DNA of 64,000 nucleotides. It comes from Haliotis cracherodii (Eukaryota). The translations under genes were made by a program, and so were the position numbers. Shown piece by piece: positions 52,261-63,500 of this stretch. The notes under the pieces are model-generated. The model did not search any database, was not told the DNA's origin, and saw only the letters and a program-made list of their open reading frames with translations. Position 1 is the first letter of the stretch. The number at the start of each line of letters is the position of its first letter. The stretch lies in NCBI RefSeq assembly GCF_022045235.1, contig NW_027266265.1:29140001-29204000 (forward strand), in the 5' to 3' direction.

Positions 52261-55200
52261 ATGCGTATCCTTCTTGTCATCAGCCTATTGTTCTGCATAT
52301 GCCATTGTTTTCTTGCACAAGGAGTTGGAGGTAGGTGGATGTTATAATGCATTAATTTTCTTTTGATATGTAATGGCATGTAATAGAGCTACAGTATAAA
52401 ATATGCTCTCAGGTTTATACAATTTTTCAACGTGAAATCGTTTAGCTTTTGTTGTTCAAAATCAATATAAATATATTTTTTCTGCTTTCAAATGATATGA
52501 TTTTTGTGCTGTACGTTGAACAATGTATGAGTGCTACTTGCTGGATAGCAAAGCAGTTTCAAATGTGTTTCATTTCATGTTCATGTGATCGTCTTTGAAA
52601 AATAGTAATTTTATCGATCTTTAATCAAAACGTTGCGTCGGTCCTATAGAATTGCTAATTAAGTAAGGCTTGAACAATTCATCTGCTTCTTTAATGCTAT
52701 TTATTAATATATAAAGATTTGTAAGGAAATAAGTATTTGCTAATTTGCTAAGGAAATCATGTTTACCTCAACAATGAACGATCTGTTTATTTAGTTTTTA
52801 TTTCGTGAAGATTTATGCAAGATTCTGACCGGTCTCCTTCATGATGCGGATTCCCAGCAACTCTATGACCTACTTGACTGTGATAAGATGCGTAAGTTCA
52901 TGCATATCAGCCCAACATATGAAAGATAATATCCATATTTGCAAAAAACTGTGATAAGATGCGTAAGTTCATGCATATCAGCCCAACATATGAAAGATAA
53001 TATCCATATTTGCAAAAAAATAAAGGCGAATAGTTTATATCTGATTTTTAGGTCATGTTGTTATTTAACAGTGCAAAATATGTATTTAAAAAAATATTTA
53101 ACTTTTTTTTATAAATGCTTTTGAATGAACACGTATTTGGTTTGTATGAAAAGTACTTTTGTTTGTTTTAGCATTTCATAGACCACATGTAACAACAACA
53201 GAATAGGTACGTCCTTGTCCATTTCATTTTCATCATGCATTGCATTGGATCACATAATATATTAAAGCATACCTTTATTCCAGTATCTTCATGCGGTACA
53301 GTGCTGAACAGAAAGTGCCCACACCCATGGGTAGTTATTGTTCGTGATAAGAAAAGGAAGGCTGAAATGTGTGTTGGAACACTAATAGACGAGAGGCATA
53401 TCATCACTGCTGCCCATTGCTTCAGTCAAAGGTAGGAAAATGAAATACTATTCTTAAAGGTGGACAGGGGTTGGTTAATTGGCAGTCCTAGCAAATTTGA
53501 ATCTCGTCCCTCAGATAATAGTTTCTGGGCAGAACATGTGCACTTACAGTAGAGCGTAGTCGCCATTTAACATTTGTTTAAGTTATGTTTAGGATACGAG
53601 TTGGTTGTGTCCCATGTAATACCCAGCCATATGTCTATTATCAAGCATAATCATATCTAGATTTGTAAATAAAGTTGTCCGATTCATGAATTCATTTATG
53701 ATGAACTATGTTAAAGGATAGTACGTTTGTTTTGTCATCAACATGATTTAGTTATCACACACATCACTATCACAAATTCACTAAATCTGACAAAAATCAG
53801 TATACATTTTACGAATACTATAAATATAATTTTGGGATGGACAGATCGTGTTGCCTGCATATGAAAACAGAAAAAATCGAAAAAAAATATCTGATTGTCA
53901 AGTAGCCTTCGTGTTATAACCAATACATGTTGACTACTGAGCTGCACAAATGTTTTCAACAAGCCCCCCACCTCTAATGGTTTAACCCCTCTGAAGTTAA
54001 CACCATGACGCCATTTGTTTTTGTATCATATGCTTGACGCTTCACGATTGACCGACGCTGTTCACAAGATGGTCCTGATATTGCGAGACAGGCATATTTC
54101 ATCGAATATAGGAACATGTACTTGTAAGTTCTAAACTCGTGAAGATTTTCTCAAGAGTTCTAAATTTGTTACAATTTTATATAGTGTCAAATTTAATATC
54201 ATGGAAACCCAATAGCCATTTTTTGTCAAAGAAATAACAACGACAAACACTACATTCCAAATTATCTTTACAAGGTATTTCCTCGCTGACGATGTGCATG
54301 TGGGTATGGGTTCACAAAAGGCTGGAGAGCTCACCTACATAGACTTGGAGTCCTTTACGCTTCATCCTAAATATAGAAACACTGGTTTGGCAAGTACGTT
54401 CTTACAAAACCATTTCCATAATCAATTAAATCTCTGCTGAAAACATATGGAATATAAAGAAAATCAATTAAGTCATCATTACTAAAAGGGTTGTTGTGCC
54501 TGTATCATTTTCAGGACACGATGTCGCAGTTCTCACCTTGAAGAAGAAGGTTGGGTTTACGCCCTGTATTCAGCCAATATGTATACCCGGAACAGCAACC
54601 AATCCTGAAAAGGGAGAACTGGTCACAATCGTAGGATTTGGGCGTAAGGGCGTTTTATTTTTTCCCTATATCAAACCATTTTGTCTATTTTTCAATTCTA
54701 AACAGTTGGGGGGAAAAAGCACACATACCAATGTTTGATGGTGGCTAGAAATGAGACAAACAACAAATGGTTATGCGATTGGGATGTATTTGATACGGAT
54801 ATCACATTTTGCCCCTGAAATTTACAGTGTCTCGGTTTCTGTTTTCTAGCCTATTAACTTTTGAATAACATTTCTAATTTTTGGGTCGAATCCAATTTTT
54901 GAAGCGTTTACCTTGATTTGCCCGGTAACTTGTGTAATATTGGTATGTAGTGTGACTTTTCATAGAGTTTAATTGGTGAAAAACCCCACAGTATATTGTA
55001 GATGTCAATGTGATGTCCTTTTTTGTTGTCTTACAACTTTTAATATGCCAGTTTCCTTTGATGTTTTAAGGTTTCTGGAACAAACAAAGGGCAAGATTGC
55101 AGGCAACTGTGCTACCAGTAATAAGCCGTGAGGAGTGTGTGAGCATCTACCCGGAAGTATCGGCACTACAACATTCGATCTGCGCTGGATTGTGGTCTAG

Positions 55201-55882
55201 CATATCTTCTTCGTCAGTTTGTCATGTAAGGAATTTATATTCCATGATTAATCGCACAGTCTAAGGCGCTGCAATTCGCTGTGCAGAGTTCGGTACGCCA
55301 GAAACTTATGATTGTGGATTCGAATCCCGGTTCGCCTTGATTATGTTTTTAGTTTTGTCAGCACAATATCCGAGTTTGTGGGTTTCGCCTTAGTGGAAAC
55401 CTGCATCACTTCGGACTTTCTTCCCACATTAATCTGACACGCCGTGATATAACTGGAATACTGTTCTGAACGGCGTTAAACCCATCTTACTCATTCATAA
55501 ATGTCAAGTTCACATGTACTTAATTTATTATTTTGGTAATTCTTATTGAACAAATTATCAGTTTGCTTAATAATATCATTATCGATAAAACAGAACTTAC
55601 AATTTACACCATTAATTTACTTTTCAAAGGGGAATTGAATTTAATTGAATTTTCAGTTGATAGAAATTATTAAATTTAAAATACAACTTGCACTATAAAT
55701 GATCTCACAATTTTCAGGGAAATTCAGGAGCCCCAATGATGCTTCAACGAGAATATAAGTGGTTTCTGTACGCTGTCAGCACATCACACAGGAGTTGCGA
55801 AGAAGCTGTTTCTGTGTACATAGACATTCCTCACTATGCCACCTGGATCAACAGTGTTAAAGAACATGAACAGCTCTTTTGA
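52261..55882 (+). CDS. SP5: atypical secreted S1A protease or protease homolog (triad intact, no IVGG, GNSGA instead of GDSGG; about 288 aa, 7 exons)
   Basis: Exons 52261-52330 (MRILLVISLLFCICHCFLAQG), 52811-52891 (2-Cys module), 53284-53431 (SCG..HPW..TAAHC), 54275-54393 (119 nt as in paralogs), 54515-54643 (HDVAVL..GFG), 55071-55225, 55718-55882 (GNSGAP..WINSVKEHEQLF*). Open frame of 867 nt. AATAAA at 55906. Confidence 0.85.
52877..53018 (+). repeat. 71-bp tandem duplication spanning the SP5 exon-2 donor site
   Basis: ACTGTGATAAGATGCGTAAGTTCATGCATATC...TTTGCAAAAA twice. Confidence 0.92.
55253..55497 (+). mobile_element. SINE family C
   Basis: CAGTCTAAGGCGCTGC..GATTCGAATCCCGGTTCGCC..GGCGTTAAACCC. 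Confidence 0.8.
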
Positions 55883-56182
55883 ATGTTTGCACCTATCAAT
55901 GTTAAAATAAATGCGTGACAAAATGAACATGCACCGTTTCATGGCAATTTGATTTCCATTTTGTTTAATTTTATTTTTTGAGAGTTCATGTACACACACG
56001 TGCGTATAACTCGGTAGCTAGAAATAAACATAAGGTAATGTTTCAGTCTTGGTATTTTGCTTTGAATATATTTTGAGATCTAAACAAATGGTATATCCTT
56101 TGGTGGCGACGATTATCATGATCATGAGATGCAACATTTCATATTTAAAAAGAAATTTCACTGGCAGATTCTCATTTAAATA

Positions 56183-56183
56183 A

Positions 56184-56264
<81 letters not shown>
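56183..56264. repeat. (CA)n microsatellite
   Basis: Seen directly. Confidence 0.95.
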
Positions 56265-56267
<3 letters not shown>

Positions 56268-57787
56268 ACGTTATCGGTTCAGTCCAAATTACAAAGGTTA
56301 CTGAATTTACTGAAAAACAAAATGACTTAAGATACTAGAAATGTTGTTTACTTTGATGTTTTTCTAGTGCGTGCAATGAAAAGTATATCGGAAAGACAGA
56401 ACTTAAGTTAAAAAGAAGAAAGAATCTTCACCGTTCACAAATAAAGAAGCCACACCCCCTCTATTCCTATCGATATTTCGATAAATGTGGAAGCGGCAGT
56501 GTTTTAGGCTTCCCGCTATATAAGCTTAATTTTTATAATGTACCTACATTTTTTCAAAAAGACCAACATTTCATTCATAAATACTCTCCTAAGTTAAATA
56601 TAAAGGGGGTCAGTTATTTGTTCATTGTTACCTTGGTATTGTGACGCCATAATTCTCCTAAATGATATGACGTCACATAACTATACATTACAACTTCATA
56701 ACCGTTAATCAGTTATGGCCTGATGAGACTGGAAACATTGATGACAATTCTGGTTTTCTTTGGAGAATAAAGATCAATATGGATTAATAAGGCATTTTCA
56801 ATCCTTCATTCCCCCAACCCCAACACTCCCCTTGTGCTTTACAGTTGCAATTCATCCCATAACGACATACCGTATAATCAGTCTATCAGATTTTATTGCA
56901 GATCTTGTCATATACATTGGAGGAGGCAAGGAACTTGGCATTTTTGATAAACTTACTATCGGACAAGTCGGATGTAGATTTAATAGGTAACACTTGTATG
57001 CAGTGCATTTCCCAGGTTCTAACATTTACAAGGGTCTTATGCAAAAGCTTTTAAGTAATGATGAACCCAGTGCACTGACAAGTTCAAATGTCCTCGTTTC
57101 AAGAGTGGTATTTGTGTTAATTTGAAAAAAGCTTCAAATTATCTAAATTGGATAGTGATGACTTTTCTATTGACAAAGATGTTCATGATAGATCCTCTTG
57201 CATTGTTGTAGCCAACTACAAGCGAATATATATCAAATACTAATGGTCAAATACAAATGGTAAGTTGTTTCCTTTAAAAGACAACGATAAACGTCATTTC
57301 ACTGGCGTTAAATTGGTATTTTGTATGCAGGAAAAACATGTTTATCCAATAGTGATTAGCATTCGTTTCTTTTCTTCTTTCTAATAGACCATTCAGCCGA
57401 ACTTACAGGATTGAGAGTGCAGAGTTAGTGTAATGAATAGGGCTTATCAAGAGTACATAGTCATCATAGATGGTTCATGCTGAGATGTATATATGTATTT
57501 AACAAACCCCGCTCTGATGGATTATATGCACCTGTTTAACCCCTCTGAAGTTGCAGCACTTATCACCAGAACACACACTGCATAATGCTATTATGCACCT
57601 TTCATCCTTAATGAGAAACATTCTTGTTATCCTTTGTTGCTGACACAAAAAGATATAAGAGATTGATTATTGATGAGATTTATGCATGAACTTTCAGCCC
57701 ATTGATACAATGAATTGTACAAAGTAGTGCATTTGAAGAAACATTACACACAACACACAAACACCCAAAAAAACCCCACCAAAACCA

Positions 57788-57816
57788 GACACACACACGC
57801 ACACGCACACACACAC

Positions 57817-57871
<55 letters not shown>
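57788..57871. repeat. Compound (CA)n/(TA)n microsatellite
   Basis: Seen directly. Confidence 0.95.
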
Positions 57872-57874
<3 letters not shown>

Positions 57875-58293
57875 GGAAAGTACCTATCAAGTTATGATTA
57901 ATAAAATGAGAGTAAATGTTATGCATATTATAACATCATTGTTAATTGACATTTAAGAAATAAATATGTTTTGGGACAATATGGGACAAAGCTATGTTGG
58001 TAGATTGACATGAGATTATGGTAATCAGGAATATAAGAAAGAGTAATAAATAATAGAAATTAATACACATTAATACACTTTTAAAATGGCTTCATTTCTC
58101 TAAATCTTATATCCCATTTTACATTTTGATTTAAAATGGACCTGAACGATACATATGATATAAACGCTCCTTACTTTTAAAAATATGTTTTCAAAATCTT
58201 AATATATATTGACTCCAAATACGTAATAGAGATACTTGTAACAACTTTACGCGTTTATGTACATCTCATACCTTTGCATGTCATATTGAATTA

Positions 58294-58465
58294 GGGGCGG
58301 TCGGGTAGCCTAGTGGTTAAAGCGTTCGCTCGTCACGCCGAAGACCCGGGTTCGATTCCCGACATGGGTACAATGTGTGAAGCCCATTTCTGGTGTCCCC
58401 CGCCGTGATATTGCTGGAATATTGCTAAAAGCGGCGTAAAACCAAACTCACTCAATCACTCACAC
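58294..58465 (+). mobile_element. tRNA-derived SINE family B, full length with 13-bp target-site duplication
   Basis: A box TAGCCTAGTGG, B box GGTTCGATTCC, CCCCGCCGTGATATTGCTGGAATATTGCT core and ACTC tail. TSD TCATATTGAATTA at 58281-58293 and 58466-58478. Confidence 0.92.
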
Positions 58466-59328
58466 TCATATTGAATTACACCTAATCATTTCAGAAATTA
58501 AATTGATCAAAACACTCACAATCAAATGAAGATGATGAAGAGGGAGCGAAGTGGACACATACCTTTTCCATAATTGGCAAAGGAAAAAACATCCCTCAAT
58601 GTTATTGTTTTTTCCTGTTAACATTGCTGTCATGCAGTACCCTTCACAATGAAGCTTCGGATCGGTATATTAAGTTTAGGAATATGTTGCTCCATTTTGT
58701 TTAGTTTAATATTTTATTACTTGCCCGTGAAGAGATCACCCGTTTAATAAACATACAGTTGTATTACACATTGTGTAATACCAAAACGCGTGCTTATGTA
58801 CTCTCGGAACACGTTTCACGAAAAATATTGAAAGCTCTCAACATCCCTTGGCTTATTCAACGACATTGCGTGTGGAGATGATAGATCACTGAGAGGAGCT
58901 TAAGCACACTCGATGACCACAGCAACCTTGTTGCTAGGCTGACGTCACATGGCATTGTTTCGCCGAAGGATCTTGCAACAAAATTCCACAAATTACGTCA
59001 TCGGGTATTGTGACGTGATTGTAAACTTTGAGGTGCAAGGCCCCGTTCCACAAGGCGATCGTGCTGTAGCGCAACGACAGTCGTTGGTCTAAGTTTAAGT
59101 ATGTGAGTTGCGATAACCTTAACGCTATGATAATTTTGTGGAACGGACGCTTGAATTCTAAAGCTAGACAGTTGTATGGTATTAAATTCATACGTTTCAA
59201 CTTTTGACGTGTTTGAAGTATTATTCTGTTAAACTCAATTGTATTATGCCGTGGATCGTGTAGGTGTCAGCCTATTCACACTCGACAGTATAATTCTAAA
59301 AACGTTTTAAATGGCAAGTAATAAATAA

Positions 59329-59470
59329 AATACTAAACTCGCTACCGTGTAAAACCAATTTTATGAAACTCGTGAATAGTTGTGGTATCTGACTCGCTTT
59401 CGCTCGTCAAATACCACAACTATTCACTCGTTTCATAAAATTGGTATTACACGGGAGCTCGTTTAGTATT
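59329..59470. repeat. About 140-bp near-perfect palindrome (fold-back DNA element)
   Basis: AATACTAAAC..CCAATTTTATGAAAC..GTGAATAGTTGTGGTAT.TGAC / GTCAAATACCACAACTATTCAC..GTTTCATAAAATTGG..GTTTAGTATT. Confidence 0.9.
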
Positions 59471-60577
59471 CTATATTTATTGGCCATACGAATATATGTT
59501 ACAGTCAATGTGTGAAAACAAATTTCAAATAGACCGAATAAATCTCTCAACTTATCTCAAAGATTGACAAAAAATATTAAGAAGTTAAAAAGAGCCTTAA
59601 ACATCACAATATATTCATTATTCTGGGTTTAGAAGCCAAAAACATGATACACATTGACTTTTGTTTTCTGTGAATCCTATCATTGTCAGTCATGGTGATA
59701 TAATTAAGCATACAAATGTTTGGAATTCGTGTTTTGTGAATTATCTACGTTTATACATGTAATATGAGGACTTTTTACCAGGTTTATTTGTTTGCTAACA
59801 ACACAAGCTGAGTGAGCATGAACCTACTGCATTTCAAGTGTACTAAAAAAAAGTCTTGAAAGGTGTGATATGAACAAGAAATAACAATATGGTTATGATT
59901 GAGACATAAACAAATACGTAGAAAATAACGTCTTATAATACCATCACTAGAAGAAAGAGTTACTGTGTAACGATTAGATGTAAAGAAGAAGAAAGGCGGT
60001 TTATGTAAATAGGGATTGTTATGAATGAACGTTTCCTATGTTAACTACATTACAATTGACTCATTTTGTCAATGGCGACGTAGATTCGGTGTTGACCATG
60101 TAGTCGCACCAACCACGCATTGTTGTACCTAACCTGCACATTCTCCTATATAGGGGTTGACATCAGTGCTTGAACAAACTATTGTCTCAGTTGATAAAGA
60201 AGAGAATCCACAGTTGTCTCTCGAACATAGACCTAAGTACATCTCAAACACCATTTAAAGAATAGGACTTTACACCAGTGCCCACTTCGCTTGTAATCTA
60301 AGCTGAAGAGTAGCCTTTTATTTGCGTCGGGTAATGGAAAAAGTAAAACAAATAATCCTTATCAAAAGATGGTGCAGGTACGTTTTCAGGGACTAGTTAT
60401 AAGGAGGAGCTGGTGTGTTGTCTTGTGTCATCCAAATGAGGGTCAACATAGGAAATAGTTGTAATTCTTGTACGCGTATTTAAGTAATGTTATGTGGAAG
60501 CACCATCCTTTGATGCTCCATTCTTGTCTCGTACACTATTACGGAAGATAAGAGGAGGAAACACTTTAATTGGAAAC

Positions 60578-63500
60578 ATGTGGACGAAATCTGCACTTTT
60601 ACTACTTGTACTATGTGCCTTATTCCTGACAACCGACAGCGCCAGTAAGTGTTTGTCATTTTTTTGAATTATGAATAATATATATGCTCGCGCTACAATG
60701 ATTAGTTTTTTGGAATGGCAAAGTATAGCTGCCTTGTAAAAAAAGCTTTGTTTCATGTTTCCATTTATAATCACAATACTTTGTCATCATATCAAGGCGA
60801 GGTATCACGTATTGTTCATTTGATTTTTGTTAATGAGCAAGAATTAGTAACTTCATTGGGTATAGTGTTCCACAGGTTAATCGTATCCGGAAGAAATGAT
60901 TTAGCATAGGTCTGGGTTCTACATTGTATTATGTGTATGTTAGATCTATTTCTAAGGTTATAATTGATATTACCAGAGACTGGACTTGGAATGAGATCGT
61001 TGAGATATACAGGTTAAATACTGTTTTTCATTTCGTAAAATGTAGTCAATTTGAAGCGGTGTCGTGGTTCTTTGAAGGACTGAAAGTTTGTTTCGTTATA
61101 AAATTTAACATGACTGGTACCCCGAACCGCCCCACAAATAGTTCTCAATGCGTCCAAATGTAAATTATCATATATACATGTGTATATTCCCCTGTATGCA
61201 TGATGCATGCGATTGTAAATCATGGAATGATACTATGTTCAGTTCATTGAGATATATATCTCCATTACATATGCATGGATTTTAAAAATTGCAAATAATG
61301 TTATGAATTCTGTCGTATTGTTTGGCAACATTAGAAAAGCTTTCACTGCTCAACATTGCTTTTGTGAGACACTTATGTAAAGTGAATGATCGCTTGCACG
61401 TTATAGATATGGAGGTAACAATGTTCACTCAAGTCTTGCACTGTGTGGTTTCATGTCACTGTAATGTTCCGTCATATTACAGACCTATGTGGCTTCTGTG
61501 ATGTTTTAAAGCAGTGCGTAAGCTTCCCCGCCTGCAAACAGTACTGGGACATATGCAAGTGTGAAGGTATTTAAGGCTTTAAATTTCATATTACGCAAAT
61601 ACAAGGTAGCTTCACATAGCATGTTGTATTCATAAATAAAGCTGCTTCATGTTCAAAGCCTACATTGACATGTTCGCATGAATCATTTCTTGACCCATAT
61701 CTTTTTTGTTTAACTTCATTTGCAATAGTAACAATGACTATAAAATATTAATAAATGAGGTAAATGTCAAAAATATGTTTCACTACGACACTTCGGATAT
61801 ATGCATATTTAAGGATGTCTCGAAAATATGGAGTGTATAATGAAGTAACTGTTTGAACTTTTCCAAGCTATACCCACGGACATCCAATGTGGCGTTGCTG
61901 AATCTCCTCCCATACCTAGGATATCCACCTACATCGTTGGTGGACAGGACGTTGGCGAGTGCGAGTTGCCATGGACCGTAGCGCTGTTCACCAAGGGTTC
62001 CTTGCGTTGTGGAGGCGCCATCATCGACGACAGGCACATCATCAGTGCAGCTCACTGCCTCATGTTAGTATAGCTTCTTTGGCTTTTATTTTCTCGAATG
62101 AGTGGGTGAATGAGTGATTAAATATGCTTTCAGGGGAGAAGTATGACGTCGGTGGATACCTTAACTGGACGTCACAACTGTGTCCATTTGAGTAATCGAC
62201 CCAACAACGCCTTAACCACCAGGCTACATTTGTATGCCAAATATGTAAAGAATGTTATTTTCAGTTACATTTGGACCAACAAATACCATTTAGACTATGA
62301 GATAGTCTGATATGACAGCTTGATATTTAAACAGACTGTAACACGCTTGGTGAATGATGTGATTCAACGCCACGTATAAAAGTATCTTATTTATATACAT
62401 GTAACAGATGTACAAACCATTTAGCAAATCGCTGATACTTGTTGGTATGATTTATGAAGAAATGTGAATGTGCTTCGCGCACAACTTCATATCACATTCA
62501 AGTGTTGGTATCCAAGAATGGAATTATATATGATAGATATCAATTATATAGTGTACAGAGAAAACATATACATGTTTTATTTTCACATAGGGGAATAAGG
62601 AATGCCAAAGATGTAATTGTGGGGCTCGGATCCTCAGACAGACGCCGAACGCGAAATGCAACAGTATCAGCCTTCAGCATGCATCCAGAGCATTGGTCAG
62701 GTGTGTGAGAAATATTCTCCCATGTGCATGTATCAATATTTTATTCCACTTGTTGAGTTGACTAAAATGTTTACATTTCTGTAAACTGAATACCTCCCTG
62801 TTACTGAATACCTCCCGTTTCAAGTCGAATAGGATAAAGTACATATGTAAAAGTATATCTTCTGAAAATAGACTTAGCCAATCACAATTCTTAGTGTTGT
62901 AAAAGCCCTCTGAATGTCACCAGTGAGTTATCAACCATCAAGCATGGCTTCATTATAAAAAACAAATATCCATCTATACCTTTATGTTAGAATAAGAAGC
63001 CGTCTCTTTGAAAATCTTCATGTGAACAATCAATATCATGGTTTTTTTCAGATGTCAACGATATTGTAATTTTAAGACTAAAAGAACCAATCAAGTTTAG
63101 CAAATGCATACGTCCGATTTGCCTTCCACCTCAAGACCATCAGTACAAACCCATGCAGAAATGCATTGTTGCTGGGTGGGGACTTACATCAGGTGAGTGT
63201 CATACCAAGCGAGAATTTTCCGTTTATGTAAAGCAATATACTTCCAGATCCAACTTCAGACGTCTACAAGTATAAATTGCTTAGATACTTTAGAGCGTGT
63301 ACAAAGTTATTCAAAGTTCACGGAACACTCATTCCTTGTTAATAATTGTGAAAGATTTGTCAAGGATAAAGGTCTGTATAAAAATCCAAACGACAAACAT
63401 CAAGTCTTTGAATGGCATTTAGAACATACTGCCCACTTAGGAATTGACTACAGACAGCTTGTTTTCATTTACCGTTCATAAGACATACAATCATTTTCAC

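Noticed and set aside
58294-58370. tRNA gene
   Set aside because: The tRNA-like head continues into SINE core and tail, with a TSD and multiple dispersed copies
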